Source: an uncultured Ruminococcus sp.
Lineage (GTDB): Bacteria > Bacillota > Clostridia > Oscillospirales > Ruminococcaceae
Length of the DNA stretch: 60,522 bases
Direction of reading: 5' to 3'
Assembly: GCA_964594275.1 (NCBI GenBank)
Contig: CAZQMA010000006.1
Location: forward strand, 1 to 60,522
The translations under genes were made by a program, and so were the position numbers. Shown here one piece after another: positions 47,016 to 57,899 of the stretch (positions within the stretch are counted from its first letter, which is position 1; each line of letters starts with the position of its first letter). The notes under the pieces are model-generated. The model was not told where the DNA came from and did no database searches. It worked only from the letters and a program-made list of their open reading frames with translations.

Positions 47016-47964
47016 CAGCTAAATCCTCGGGGATACAAGGCTTTATTGCCGCAATTGCACACTCAATCTGAGAGTCATCAGGCTCTCTTGTGGTGATACG
47101 CTGAATCTGAAGTCCCGGCCATGACAGTGCACGGGTTATGGGACTGTTGCTCCTGCCTGCAAGACGTATAAACTCATATGAAACGCCTACCGTCAGAGGC
47201 AGTAGAAGTATGCTGACAACTGTTCTTAGCCATACAGTTTTAATAGGCACAAGACACATTACCAGTATGCTGACAATAAGTGTGATGAAGATAAAGCTTG
47301 TACCGCATCTTGGGTGGAAGCGAGTGTGCTTCTTTACGTTTTCAACAGTAAGCTCATCTCCTGCTTCGTGGCAGGCAATAGTTTTATGCTCTGCGCCGTG
47401 GTATTCATAGGTACGGCGAATGTCCTTCATACAGCTTGTAAGGTACATATAGAAGAGGAAAATCACGATTTTGATTATACCCTCTAATAATGAACGAAGC
47501 ATATTGTTGTCGGGAACAGGTGTATAGTCAATGAGCAGACCAATAAGAAGCTTGGGCAAGAACATGAAAAGCACCAGCGACAGTCCCACGCCTATTACCA
47601 TGGCAATGCTCATAATAACGCCGAAGAGCTTTTCGCCCAGTTTATCACTGAGCCACTGCTCAAACTTGCTCATCTCCTCTTCCTCTTCATCGTCAATCAT
47701 CTGCTTTTCAGCGGATTTCATAAGACAGCGGTAACCGTCCTTCATAGAAGATACGAAGTTAAAGCTTCCTCTTACAAAAGGACACTTTCTATACCAAGGC
47801 ATATTTTTGCCGTTGTTCTCTTCCCAGGTTTCAACGTCAATTGTGCCATCAGGGAGACGACATGCCATTGCGCCTGTATCTGCGCCTTTCATCATTACGC
47901 CCTCAATAAGTGCCTGACCGCCTATTTTGGAGCGGTGCTGTTCTTTATTATTGCTGTTGCTCAT
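47002..47964 (-). CDS. DUF1385 (YqhQ-like) membrane protein
   Basis: IGGQALIEGVMM signature. 14-nt overlap with prmC. Confidence 0.75.
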   Translation of the reverse strand: MSNSNNKEQHRSKIGGQALIEGVMMKGADTGAMACRLPDGTIDVETWEENNGKNMPWYRKCPFVRGSFNFVSSMKDGYRCLMKSAEKQMIDDEEEEEMSKFEQWLSDKLGEKLFGVIMSIAMVIGVGLSLVLFMFLPKLLIGLLIDYTPVPDNNMLRSLLEGIIKIVIFLFYMYLTSCMKDIRRTYEYHGAEHKTIACHEAGDELTVENVKKHTRFHPRCGTSFIFITLIVSILVMCLVPIKTVWLRTVVSILLLPLTVGVSYEFIRLAGRSNSPITRALSWPGLQIQRITTREPDDSQIECAIAAIKPCIPEDLADDIW

Positions 47965-49424
47965 TAGTCCTGTTTCCTTTCATTAGACACTGTACCTTCA
48001 ATAGCGGCAGGCAGAGTGATTATTACACTTGTACCCTTATGAAGCTCGCTGTCGATTCTCAGTGTACCGCCGTGCATGGTAATGATTTCATCTGCCACTG
48101 CAAGTCCGATACCGCTGCCTCGTCTGGTCTGATTTGCCTTGAAGAATTTCGTTTTAACTCTTGGGAGATCCTGCTTGCTTATACCAACGCCATTATCGGC
48201 GATAATAACCTGAATCTTGTTTTTTACCGCTTCAGCACCTATGGTTATGGTACAGCCCTCATTTGAGTATTTGATTGCATTATCAATTATATTAATGAAT
48301 ACCTGACGTATTCTGTTTCTGTCACCATTTACAAATGGAAGCATTTCCGGCTCATGATATATGATGCGGATATTTTCACGTCTTGCCTTTTCCGCATATA
48401 TAAGCACCGCATCGCCAAGCTCTGCAAGCAAGTCCATCTTCTCGATTCTGAGAGAGAATTTACCACTCTGCATACGCGAAAAGTCCAGAAGCTCCTCCAC
48501 CATCTCCGAAAGTCTTTCTGTTTCGTTTCTGATAACCCTTACACCCTTGCTTATGGTTTCCTTATCCACATCATAGGAAAGGGTTTCAGCCCAACCCTTG
48601 ATAGCTGTAAGAGGCGTTCTCAGCTCATGAGATACCGATGATATAAACTCATTCTTCATTGCCTCTGTAGTGGCAAGAGCTGCTGCCATGTTATTGATAG
48701 AATCACTCAGATCACCGATTTCGTCCTCAGTCTGCTTTTCAATTCTGTCCTTAAAATCGCCTTTAGCAAACTTCTTTGTGGCTTCGTTTATGACAGTGAT
48801 AGGCTTTACAATACTGTTTACAAAGTAATTGCCCGTTATAAGCATAAGCATGATTACCAACACACAGCCAACGCCTATAATTGCCACATATGTTCCCAGT
48901 GCACTGTCTATATTGCGAAGAGAGGTTATAACTCTTATTGCATTATACTCTGTGCTTATGCCCGAAATATCTGTGCTGAGAGCCATTATTTTTTCACCGT
49001 TTACCTTACCTGTCCAGTAACCGTCTCGCCCTTCCATGAGTGCTTCATAGTCAGGCATTTCCATATTCTCTCCCGGTGCAAAGCCAGAGGAGGTGAGAAT
49101 AACTCTGCCCTTTGAATCTATCGCCATAAGCTCCATCTTATCCTTATCGGAAAAGTTTTCAAGGGTGTTTCTAAGCTCCGAGGAAAAGTTTACATCTGCA
49201 TCCTGGGAGTATCTGGTCATAATGGATGTTACGGAATTCAACTTTGTATTGAGATACTGCTTTGCTGAGCTATAGTAATAATTCTGCATGGCGTACACCA
49301 CCGCAAGCCATATCACCATCAGGAGCATTACAATAAGACCCAGGTTGTTTACCATCCATCGTCTTATGATGGTATTCTTCCTTATACTGCGCCTGGAACG
49401 TTTCTTACCTTTATTAAAGCTCAT
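47964..49424 (-). CDS. sensor histidine kinase (TM, HAMP, HisKA, HATPase)
   Basis: H-box SHELRTPL and G-boxes. Overlaps the response-regulator gene. Confidence 0.85.
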   Translation of the reverse strand: MSFNKGKKRSRRSIRKNTIIRRWMVNNLGLIVMLLMVIWLAVVYAMQNYYYSSAKQYLNTKLNSVTSIMTRYSQDADVNFSSELRNTLENFSDKDKMELMAIDSKGRVILTSSGFAPGENMEMPDYEALMEGRDGYWTGKVNGEKIMALSTDISGISTEYNAIRVITSLRNIDSALGTYVAIIGVGCVLVIMLMLITGNYFVNSIVKPITVINEATKKFAKGDFKDRIEKQTEDEIGDLSDSINNMAAALATTEAMKNEFISSVSHELRTPLTAIKGWAETLSYDVDKETISKGVRVIRNETERLSEMVEELLDFSRMQSGKFSLRIEKMDLLAELGDAVLIYAEKARRENIRIIYHEPEMLPFVNGDRNRIRQVFINIIDNAIKYSNEGCTITIGAEAVKNKIQVIIADNGVGISKQDLPRVKTKFFKANQTRRGSGIGLAVADEIITMHGGTLRIDSELHKGTSVIITLPAAIEGTVSNERKQD

Positions 49425-50112
49425 TCCACTTATAGCCGTAGCCCCAGATGGTTGTTATATATTTGGGACTGGATGGCTCATCCTCAATCTTCATACGGAT
49501 TCTTCGTATATTTACATCTACAATCTTATCGTCGCCAAAATAGCCATCGCCCCATATTTGGTCAAGAATACCCGCTCTGTCTAGGGCAACGTTTTTATTG
49601 CTGAGAAAGTACTCCATAATCTGGTATTCAACCTGTGTAAGCTCTATAAGCGCACCATTCTTGGTAACGGTACGGCTTTTCAGATTCAGGCTGAATGGTC
49701 CGCTGCGGATAATAGGCGACTTTTCATCCTTATTGAAGCTCATGCACACACGTCTGTAGATAGCATCAACACGGGCTGTCAGCTCCGAAACGGAAAAAGG
49801 CTTAGTGATATAATCGTCTGCACCCATCATGAGACCGCTTACCTTATCCATTTCCTGGGAGCGGGCTGTGAGCATAACAATGCCCAAGGTAGAACTTTTT
49901 TCACGAAGTTTTTTACACACGGTAAAGCCGTCGATACCGGGCATCATAACGTCAAGAAGAACGATGTCGAAGTTGCCGCCTGCTGCATCGAATATTTCGA
50001 TTGCGTCCTCGCCGCAACAGGCATCGGTCACGTCGTAGCCTACACGTTTGAGATTCATTACCACAAACTCACGAATGGCTTCTTCATCTTCACATACCAG
50101 AATACGTTTCAT
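49414..50112 (-). CDS. OmpR-family response regulator
   Basis: REC domain (LLDVMMPGIDG) and winged-helix C-terminus. Confidence 0.9.
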   Translation of the reverse strand: MKRILVCEDEEAIREFVVMNLKRVGYDVTDACCGEDAIEIFDAAGGNFDIVLLDVMMPGIDGFTVCKKLREKSSTLGIVMLTARSQEMDKVSGLMMGADDYITKPFSVSELTARVDAIYRRVCMSFNKDEKSPIIRSGPFSLNLKSRTVTKNGALIELTQVEYQIMEYFLSNKNVALDRAGILDQIWGDGYFGDDKIVDVNIRRIRMKIEDEPSSPKYITTIWGYGYKWNEL

Positions 50113-50150
50113 TTTTTTGTCCTTTCTCTATTATTGCTGTATTTTATATT

Positions 50151-50160
50151 GTGGAACATT
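50151..50160. repeat. half-site GTGGAACATT of the palindrome family
   Basis: 19 nt 3' of the lipoprotein gene stop. Confidence 0.4.
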
Positions 50161-50178
50161 TTTCTACACCGTCTATAT

Positions 50179-51507
50179 TCAACTATTCACAAACAGAAAG
50201 TAGCTCAGAAGCTCGCTTTCAGGAATATACAGCTCATCTCCGCTTTCCTTTACACTCATAAAGTAATATGCATTGCCTCTTGAATGAAGCAGACTGTAAC
50301 CGTCCTCTAAAAGCATATCTCTGCCGTCTCTGTCCGACGCTGTACCTATTCTCATAAGTTCCTGCATCGACTCTGTAAGAGAACCGCCGTAATGGTAGAA
50401 TACTATGTCCCCGGTAAGTCCGTCTATTACCGCTGTTACCTCATCCCGCCACTTTGCAGGTAGCATAAAGGCATAGCCTTCGCTTACACTGTAGTAGCCT
50501 CTGTATTTCTCGGTAAGCACACCATTCTCAGGCGTCATCCAACGGGTAAGTCTTATGTTCTGATCGGATACGCTGCCGTCATAGCCCGGGAATACCGTCT
50601 GAACAGGTATTTCAGGTGTACCGTCACTGTCTATATCAAGAGTGAGACAGCTTAATGAACGAGTTGTCTCTGAGGCAGAGCTTTCGTCCTCTAATATGTG
50701 ATAGAGTTTCTCTCCGTCAAAGGAGAAAAGGTCGGTCTGTATTGTGGTAACACCCGTTAGCATGTCCGCATATACAACCGCAGAGCCGTCCTCACGGCGT
50801 GAATAGAGCACCTGACTGAAACCGGTACAACTGCTTCTGAGTGTAAGCTGCGTTTTGCGGAAACTTCCGTTTTCGTCCGGACAGTAAACCGCAGCCCTTG
50901 CTCCTAATGCAGAGGAATCCGTCTGCAATACCAGAAGTTCTTTTCCACCGTCACCGTCCAGATCGTTTATATCAAAGAGGGAATATGTTGTGGAAAAACG
51001 ATGGCTGAGGGTACCGTTTTCGTAGTTATACACCACTAGTCCCTTGTCGTACTGGTCAATCAAGGAATAACCTATTGCCATCTGCACATTTTTCTCTGCG
51101 CCTATGGTTGAAATCACAACTTTCTCAATCTCTGCACCCTCAGCAGGCACGTCGCATACACTGCGCCATGAACTGCCATCCTTATCAAGAACATTTATGC
51201 GAAGGTTGTTTTCAGCTGTGGAAAGTCCTGTTTTGGCGTAGAATACAAGTGATTCCTCTTCCCCGTCGCCGTCTATATCTGTTAGAATAAAAGACGACAG
51301 ATAATCTCCTGCCTTGGGATACTGAAGCTTTATATCCTTGCCTACTGCATTTTGCAGTGCCTGGTATATCTGCTCCTGCTCCTTACTAAGGCTTGGCGGT
51401 ACAAGTAGAGTATCAACTGAACCTCCAAATGTACATCCGCTAAGGAACACACTGCACAAGAAAATCGGCACGTTCAGAAAACGCCTTAGTCCTCTGTACG
51501 CTGACAT
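50179..51507 (-). CDS. lipoprotein with FG-GAP/VCBS-like repeats
   Basis: Lipobox LSGC. Repeated DxDGDG motifs (DIDGDGEEE, DLDGDGGKE, DIDSDGTPE). Confidence 0.5.
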   Translation of the reverse strand: MSAYRGLRRFLNVPIFLCSVFLSGCTFGGSVDTLLVPPSLSKEQEQIYQALQNAVGKDIKLQYPKAGDYLSSFILTDIDGDGEEESLVFYAKTGLSTAENNLRINVLDKDGSSWRSVCDVPAEGAEIEKVVISTIGAEKNVQMAIGYSLIDQYDKGLVVYNYENGTLSHRFSTTYSLFDINDLDGDGGKELLVLQTDSSALGARAAVYCPDENGSFRKTQLTLRSSCTGFSQVLYSRREDGSAVVYADMLTGVTTIQTDLFSFDGEKLYHILEDESSASETTRSLSCLTLDIDSDGTPEIPVQTVFPGYDGSVSDQNIRLTRWMTPENGVLTEKYRGYYSVSEGYAFMLPAKWRDEVTAVIDGLTGDIVFYHYGGSLTESMQELMRIGTASDRDGRDMLLEDGYSLLHSRGNAYYFMSVKESGDELYIPESELLSYFLFVNS

Positions 51508-52880
51508 AACGGGATATACTCCTTGCCTGTTGCAAGAGTTCTATATGCAGGACGGATAATTCTCTTACCTGTGAGAATTTCCTCCATACGATGTGCAGAC
51601 CATCCTACCATACGTGCTGATGCAAAGAGAGGTGTAAACAAATCATCGGGGATACCTAACATCCTATAAACAAGACCTGAGTACATATCAACATTTGCAC
51701 ATACAGTCTTGTCGATACCACGTACATTCTTCATAAGCTCGGGAGTGAGCTTTTCAATCAGGTCAAGAAGTTTGAACTCTGCTTCAATTTCCTTGCCCTC
51801 AGCAAGCTCGAATGCCTTTCTCTTTAGAATTACAGCTCTGGGGTCAGAAAGGGTATAGACCGCATGACCCATACCGTAAATCAGACCACTTCTGTCTGCT
51901 GCTTCCTTCTTCAGAATCTTTGTAAGGTAATCGGCAACCTCGCCCTCGTCTGCCCAGTTATGTACATGCTCCTTGATGTCGTCAAGCATTTCAATAACCT
52001 TGATATTTGCACCTCCATGTCTGGGTCCCTTGAGGGAGTTGATTGCAGATGCATATGCTGCATATGGGTCTGTACCTGAGGATGTTGCTACACGACAGGC
52101 AAAGGTGGAGTTATTACCGCCGCCGTGCTCTGCGTGTATTGCAAGCATGATGTCCAGAAGCTGAGCTTCTTTACGTGTATAATTTCTGTCGTTTCTAAGG
52201 AGAGATAGAATTGACTCAGCGGTTCTTTCCTCGGGTCTCAGCTGGTGCATAATCATGCTGGAGTTGTCAAACTTATGACGCTTTGTCTGATATGCGCCGT
52301 TCATTAGATTGGGCATTTTAGCGATAAGATTAAGGGCGATATTCATTTCGTCCTGAAGTGTAGTATTGTCAGGGTTCTCGTCATAGGAATATAGAGACAG
52401 AATGCTTCGAGAGAGCTTATTCATGATATTCTTAGAGGGTGACTGCATGATGGAGTCAACAAGGAAACCAGGTGGAAGTTCACGTCTTACACTGAGTGCG
52501 TGTTCACAATCGGCAAGCTCTCTCTTTGTGGGAAGCTGACCGAAAAGCAACAGGTGAACCACTTCCTCAAAAACAAATCTATCCTCACGCTCTGCATTTT
52601 CAACCAGGTCATTGATATCATAGCCGCGGTAAATAAGCTGACCGGGAATAGGTGTACGGATACCCTCATCAATGATATAGCCGTGAACACTACATATACG
52701 TGTAATTCCTGCCGCAACGCCTGAGCCGTCGCTGTAGCGCAAACCTCTTCTTACATGGTATTTCTCGTAAAGAGATGGATCTATCTGTGAATAATCGGAC
52801 AGGCGGTCGCATAAGGATGTAATGTCAAGCTGAGACTCTTCCATTTTGAGCTTCAGGTAGTTTTCCAGGTTCTGGTTCAT
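51486..52880 (-). CDS. citrate synthase
   Basis: Citrate synthase family sequence with HGGAN and catalytic His/Asp regions. Confidence 0.85.
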   Translation of the reverse strand: MNQNLENYLKLKMEESQLDITSLCDRLSDYSQIDPSLYEKYHVRRGLRYSDGSGVAAGITRICSVHGYIIDEGIRTPIPGQLIYRGYDINDLVENAEREDRFVFEEVVHLLLFGQLPTKRELADCEHALSVRRELPPGFLVDSIMQSPSKNIMNKLSRSILSLYSYDENPDNTTLQDEMNIALNLIAKMPNLMNGAYQTKRHKFDNSSMIMHQLRPEERTAESILSLLRNDRNYTRKEAQLLDIMLAIHAEHGGGNNSTFACRVATSSGTDPYAAYASAINSLKGPRHGGANIKVIEMLDDIKEHVHNWADEGEVADYLTKILKKEAADRSGLIYGMGHAVYTLSDPRAVILKRKAFELAEGKEIEAEFKLLDLIEKLTPELMKNVRGIDKTVCANVDMYSGLVYRMLGIPDDLFTPLFASARMVGWSAHRMEEILTGKRIIRPAYRTLATGKEYIPLCQRTED

Positions 52881-52999
52881 TTATAATTTCCTCCGTTGTT
52901 TTCTTATAGATAGTTTTATTATACATTAAAAAAGGGTTTATGTCAATATTTCAAAGAAAAATGTGTGTATGCATACCTCAATATGCAGAAAGGATTACC

Positions 53000-54022
53000 A
53001 TGAAAAAATACGGACTTATGATGCTTACTTTCTCTGCGGCTATTGCCGCTGCCGTGACGCTCCCATCCTCTCTTTCAAAAGACAAACCCCAGGCTCACTC
53101 ACCTTCTGAAACCTCTGTAACCTCTCACACTGAAGATGTGCTTTCAACAGATACATCAACAGCCAACAACTCCGAAACTATTAAAATGCTTGACACCTCA
53201 TCAGGCGAAGTTTTAACGCTCTCCATGAAAGACTACCTTACAGGAGCAGTTATCGCAGAAATGCCCGCATCCTTTGAGGCAGAGGCACTCAAGGCTCAAA
53301 CTGTTGCAGCCCACACCTACGCTGTACGTCAGATGAATCTTGAAGCAGCCTCTCCTACGCCTGAGTTGTGCGGTGCGCATCTCTCAAACGACAGCTCCCA
53401 TTACCAGGCGTATTTTACAAAAAGCCAGGCACGGCAGTTCTACGGCTCAGGCTATGAGTCTGCCTATGAAAAGATTTCCGCAGCAGTGGAAGAGGTTCTG
53501 CCCTATATTCTCGTATACGAAAATGAACCTATTCTAGCAGCTTTCTGTTCCATGTCCCCGGGTGCAACGGAGAGTGCGGAAAACGTCTGGGGGCAGGCTG
53601 TACCCTATCTCACAGCTACAGGCAGTGCCGCTGACGAAAATGCACCCAACTTCCTTGAAACCATTTACTTCTCACCTGCTGAGCTTAAAGAGCTTCTGGC
53701 AAAAGCCTTTCCTGAGGGCGATTTTTCCACCAGTACAGAGGAATGGTTGACTGTTGAAAAGGTGTCAGATTCTGGTACGGCTTTAGAGGTTGACGTCGGT
53801 GGCTTTCTTACAACCGGTCAGGAAGTTCGCCAAGCTCTATCTCTAAGAAGTGCGGCTTTTGACGTAAAATGGGAAGGAAATCTCTGCTCTATTACAACCA
53901 AGGGATACGGTCACGGAGTTGGCATGAGTCAATACGGTGCAAACGCAATGGCAAAGTCAGGAGCAGACTGGCGTGAAATTCTCATGTACTACTACAAAGG
54001 GGCAGAGATAACAGATAATTGA
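53000..54022 (+). CDS. spoIID: stage II sporulation protein D
   Basis: C-terminal GYGHGVGMSQYGANAMAKSGADWREILMYYYKG. N-terminal TM anchor. Start MKKYG behind AAAGGA. Confidence 0.85.
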   Translation: MKKYGLMMLTFSAAIAAAVTLPSSLSKDKPQAHSPSETSVTSHTEDVLSTDTSTANNSETIKMLDTSSGEVLTLSMKDYLTGAVIAEMPASFEAEALKAQTVAAHTYAVRQMNLEAASPTPELCGAHLSNDSSHYQAYFTKSQARQFYGSGYESAYEKISAAVEEVLPYILVYENEPILAAFCSMSPGATESAENVWGQAVPYLTATGSAADENAPNFLETIYFSPAELKELLAKAFPEGDFSTSTEEWLTVEKVSDSGTALEVDVGGFLTTGQEVRQALSLRSAAFDVKWEGNLCSITTKGYGHGVGMSQYGANAMAKSGADWREILMYYYKGAEITDN

Positions 54023-54079
54023 CCCTTTATGGGATGTTTCTGAAAATAAGGTGAAAAAATTCAAAAATCAGAAAAAGCC

Positions 54080-54108
54080 CTTGCAATCCGACAAATTATA
54101 TAGTATAA
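54080..54108 (+). promoter_or_regulatory. sigma-A promoter: -35 TTGCAA, 17-nt spacer, -10 TATAAT
   Basis: Hexamers at 54080-54085 and 54103-54108, upstream of the 54171 gene. Confidence 0.45.
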
Positions 54109-54170
54109 TAGGTACATGTATATTATAGGAACAGCACAGTGAGTGCTTCAGTTTATGGAGGGTATATATT

Positions 54171-54746
54171 ATGGCATCATTTTTCGATAATTTTGCAAGC
54201 AAGATGAATGAAATCGGCAACAAGGTTGTTACTGCTACAACCAACTCTACAGAAAATATTCGTTTGACCAATTCCATCAAGGACGAGGAGCGTCAAATCG
54301 CTAACGATTATAAGGAAATCGGCATGAAGTACCGTGAACTTTTCGGCGCAGCTCCTGCACCTGAGTTTACTGCTCTTCTTCAGGATATTGCCAAAAGAGA
54401 AATCCTTATCTCCGAGTATCGTAAGAAGGTTCTCCAGAATAAAGGCAAGGTTACATGCAGCAGCTGCGGTGTAGAGATTGAAAGTTCCTGTGCTTTCTGC
54501 ACCAACTGTGGTACAAAGAATCCTGTAGCTGAGGAAATCGCTCGTGCAAAGGCTGAAGCAGATGCTCAGGCTGCTGCGAAAGAAGCTGTAAATGAACAGA
54601 CTGAAACAGTCGAAGCTTCTGCACCCGCTCCCGCCGCTGAAAATACAGAATCTGTTACTCCCGAAATCGTTTGCAAGAACTGCGGTAATCCTATCGCTGA
54701 AGGCAACGTATTCTGCACTAACTGCGGTACACGTCAGGACGCATAA
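54171..54746 (+). CDS. double zinc-ribbon protein
   Basis: CSSCG...CTNCG and CKNCG...CTNCG ribbons after a helical N-terminal domain. Confidence 0.5.
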   Translation: MASFFDNFASKMNEIGNKVVTATTNSTENIRLTNSIKDEERQIANDYKEIGMKYRELFGAAPAPEFTALLQDIAKREILISEYRKKVLQNKGKVTCSSCGVEIESSCAFCTNCGTKNPVAEEIARAKAEADAQAAAKEAVNEQTETVEASAPAPAAENTESVTPEIVCKNCGNPIAEGNVFCTNCGTRQDA

Positions 54747-54841
54747 CATAAGCAGTATACCAATTACTATAATTCAATAATAGCAAGCGCCGTTTTGCCC
54801 GTGAAAGGCGAAACGGCGCTTTTAGGGAAAGGATGTTTTTT

Positions 54842-55720
54842 ATGAAAATTTGTAACGGCTGCGGCGTGGAGCTTACAAATGAGGCTGTTATCTGCCCCGA
54901 ATGCGGCACGCTTCAACCCACGAAAAAGAAAGATTCAGGCTCAGGAGAGGGCTTTTTCTCAATGCCCTATCTCTCTTCAACTGCTTCTGTAAACAATGCC
55001 TCTAAGCCTGAGAAAACCGAAAAGACTGAAAATACTAAATCAGAAGCTGTACCATCCGAGGAAGAAACAGCTCCCACCACTACAAGTAAAAAGGTAAGGC
55101 AGTCTGATATAGATGCTATTACTGACCCCAGGGAACGTGCCTTTGCAAAACAAGACAGACGAAACAGAATGATTCGCATTAGTGCACTGATTGCTGCGGC
55201 AGTGATTGTAGTCGTATTGGCGGTTTACCTTATCACAAGAAATACAGGCTACTACCGCACTTTGGACAAGTACATAGATGGTCTCAATGCCAAGGACAGT
55301 TCCGGTTATTCTGCCATTGTACCTGACCTCTATCTCATAAATGCCGAAAAGCTCTACGACCTTTCCCGTCCGGAAATGAAAGCCAACACTAAAAACTATC
55401 TCTCCTATGTAAAAACACAGATTGCCGCTGACTACGGCGATGATGTAAAGCAGACCTGTGAAATTATTGCCGAAGATACCAGCAATGATCAGACATCCGC
55501 CGACACTCTGGAAGATACAATCCTATCTACCTACGGTACAGAGCTTAGCATTACCGAAGTTGCTTACCTGAATGTACGTATAACCACAAAAGGCTCTGTT
55601 ACTCAAACTAAGGAAAGCAAAACACTCACTTTCTTTAAGTACGACGGCAACTGGTACAGTCTGGACGCTATGCAGGTTATTCAATTTGCAAATGAAAATG
55701 CAGGCTACAATATGTGGTAA
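54842..55720 (+). CDS. zinc-ribbon membrane protein with an extracytoplasmic domain
   Basis: CNGCG...CPECG ribbon, TM helix, and a C-terminal domain ending ...KYDGNWYSLD. Confidence 0.5.
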   Translation: MKICNGCGVELTNEAVICPECGTLQPTKKKDSGSGEGFFSMPYLSSTASVNNASKPEKTEKTENTKSEAVPSEEETAPTTTSKKVRQSDIDAITDPRERAFAKQDRRNRMIRISALIAAAVIVVVLAVYLITRNTGYYRTLDKYIDGLNAKDSSGYSAIVPDLYLINAEKLYDLSRPEMKANTKNYLSYVKTQIAADYGDDVKQTCEIIAEDTSNDQTSADTLEDTILSTYGTELSITEVAYLNVRITTKGSVTQTKESKTLTFFKYDGNWYSLDAMQVIQFANENAGYNMW

Positions 55721-55735
55721 AGGAGAATATTTCCC

Positions 55736-56350
55736 ATGAACAGAACTAAAAAGCAGAAGAAGCTTCTGTACGGTGGTATTGCGGCTGTTATAGCTGCGGC
55801 TGCTCTTATCGGAAGCGGTATATGGCTTGCTGTATCCGACAGCGGCGAAACAGTTACACCCGGCAATCTTTCCGCTGTAGGCGAGGAGGACTCTGCCACT
55901 GCCTGTCAGAACCTTATGTCAAACTACTACACAGCCATTATGTCCAACGATGCCGAAACTCTTTACAATATCATGGCTCCCGAAGAATACTGGACATACT
56001 ATATCAAAGAGTATGACAAGTCAAAGGAAACGGTTATCAGCACCTACAGCGATGCTATCAAAAATACCAAGGCTTCATGGCAGGCTAAGTGTGGCTCAGA
56101 TGCCAAAATTTCCTTTAGAATTGACGCTTCAAGCGAAGTTTCGGAGGAGGTACTCAGTCAGCTTAGCGATGTAGTAAATGAGGCTCTGGGTGAGGACGTT
56201 TATTATGCAGAAGAGGGCATGACCCTCAGCGTGATTCAGACAGTTACAGGAAGCTCAGGTACCGATGAAACCGTAAACACACCCACTCTTATCAAGGTAA
56301 ACGGCAAGTGGTATATCCTTGATGAAGGCATTGACTCCGATGCCAATTAA
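55736..56350 (+). CDS. membrane-anchored protein paralogous to the C-terminal domain of the previous gene
   Basis: TM anchor. C-terminus ...KVNGKWYILD parallels ...KYDGNWYSLD. Confidence 0.45.
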   Translation: MNRTKKQKKLLYGGIAAVIAAAALIGSGIWLAVSDSGETVTPGNLSAVGEEDSATACQNLMSNYYTAIMSNDAETLYNIMAPEEYWTYYIKEYDKSKETVISTYSDAIKNTKASWQAKCGSDAKISFRIDASSEVSEEVLSQLSDVVNEALGEDVYYAEEGMTLSVIQTVTGSSGTDETVNTPTLIKVNGKWYILDEGIDSDAN

Positions 56351-56397
56351 AAGCGAAAAACGCAAATACAGATAACCAAAAGAGAGGAGAAGAGATA

Positions 56398-57063
56398 ATG
56401 GAGACAAACAAGCGAACACGGCTTAAAACCCATCTCGACCCTGCAACCAATGCACTACGTTTCCTTGCCGTACCCTTCGGTGCGCTGATGATATACGGAG
56501 CAACACTAAAGCTTATGGAAGTAAACATGGCGATGTCCTTTGACTTCTGGGGCGTTTTCATTGCAGGTATACTGGTTACATTCGCTCCCTTTCTTATGAA
56601 TAAATTCCTGTCAGCAGCTCTTCTGGGTGCGGGTATTTTTACCGTTGCAAGTCTCTTGCAGCCCTCATTTCAGAGCTGGATGAACCTTGTATTTTTCATA
56701 CTCTTGACAATACTCTATTTCCAGCCCTACAAGATATGGCTGAGAATTATTTTCCAGTTACTTTGTATGGCTGCTATAGGCGTATGTCTCTGGTGCGTAT
56801 GGCAGGAATTCTACAAGGGGTTGGAGCATTTCATCGAAACAGGTAAGCTCACCGATGTTTACCTTAAAAACCGCATTAAAACTTTCCTGCCAGGTGACTT
56901 TTCATTCTACATGGCGATGGTATGGCTGGTAGTTTCAATTAGACAGTATGCCCTGCCTAAGTCACAACAACTCAGAAATATCGTCCACGAAAATGGCACA
57001 GACACAAATAACCGAAATTCCCGCAAACACAGTTCCTCCGACGAGGATCTTTGGGGATATTGA
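56398..57063 (+). CDS. hypothetical polytopic membrane protein
   Basis: Several hydrophobic helices. RBS GAGGAG. Confidence 0.45.
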   Translation: METNKRTRLKTHLDPATNALRFLAVPFGALMIYGATLKLMEVNMAMSFDFWGVFIAGILVTFAPFLMNKFLSAALLGAGIFTVASLLQPSFQSWMNLVFFILLTILYFQPYKIWLRIIFQLLCMAAIGVCLWCVWQEFYKGLEHFIETGKLTDVYLKNRIKTFLPGDFSFYMAMVWLVVSIRQYALPKSQQLRNIVHENGTDTNNRNSRKHSSSDEDLWGY

Positions 57064-57075
57064 TAAGTTCAGCAC

Positions 57076-57110
57076 GGCTCTCTCATCTGAGAGAGCCGAA
57101 TGTTTTAGCA
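57076..57110 (+). terminator. intrinsic terminator
   Basis: GGCTCTCTC-atct-GAGAGAGCC followed by a T-rich tract. Confidence 0.65.
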
Positions 57111-57117
57111 TTTTTAA

Positions 57118-57135
57118 ACGTTCCACGTGGAACAT
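57118..57135. repeat. palindrome family member ACGTTCCACGTGGAACAT
   Basis: Reverse complement of the 20356 copy. 3' of the membrane-protein gene and its terminator. Confidence 0.85.
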
Positions 57136-57224
57136 TATTATGTGGATTTAATCTTATTTTAAGCTACATACTATATAATAAAATTGAAAAATAGGGCTAT
57201 TTTAACTGAGAGGAGTTTTGCACT

Positions 57225-57899
57225 ATGAAAATTTTAGTTGTTGAAGATGAAGCTGCGCTGTCTGACGCACTCACTGAGATCTTAAAACGTAACCAGTACA
57301 GCGTTGATGCTGTTGATAACGGCGAGGACGGACTGGAGTACGGTCTCACAGGACTTTACGACTGTATCATCCTTGATATAATGCTACCCATTATGGACGG
57401 TCTTACTGTCCTGAAAATGCTCCGTAAAAATAAGGTTTCAACTCCTGTTATGCTCCTTACAGCTAAATCCGAAATTGATGACAAGATAACAGGTCTTGAC
57501 TACGGTGCCGACGACTACCTTACCAAACCCTTTGTCACAGGTGAGCTTTTAGCCCGTATACGTGCTCTTACAAGACGCACAGGAGAGGTGAACATTGACG
57601 CTTTCAACTATCACGGTCTTACCCTTAACAAACAGACCTACACGCTCTCCTACGGCGCAAATAACGTCAAGCTCTCTCTTAAAGAGTACCAGATTATGGA
57701 AATTCTTCTTATGAATCCCAAGCAGATTATCACTAAGGAGCGTTTCATTGAGAAAATATGGGGCTTCGAGAGCGATGTTGAATACAACAACATTGAAGTC
57801 TACATCTCATTCCTAAGAAAGAAAATAAAATCCATCTGTTCAGGCGCTATCATACATACAGCAAGAGGCGTGGGCTACTATCTGGAGGATAAAAAATGA
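57225..57899 (+). CDS. OmpR-family response regulator
   Basis: REC domain (ILDIMLPIMDG) plus winged helix. Confidence 0.9.
   Translation: MKILVVEDEAALSDALTEILKRNQYSVDAVDNGEDGLEYGLTGLYDCIILDIMLPIMDGLTVLKMLRKNKVSTPVMLLTAKSEIDDKITGLDYGADDYLTKPFVTGELLARIRALTRRTGEVNIDAFNYHGLTLNKQTYTLSYGANNVKLSLKEYQIMEILLMNPKQIITKERFIEKIWGFESDVEYNNIEVYISFLRKKIKSICSGAIIHTARGVGYYLEDKK

Noticed and set aside
52881-52999. Sigma-E promoter upstream of spoIID.
   Set aside because: ATATT and CATACC elements are present, but their spacing of about 21 nt does not fit the sigma-E consensus. No confident call.
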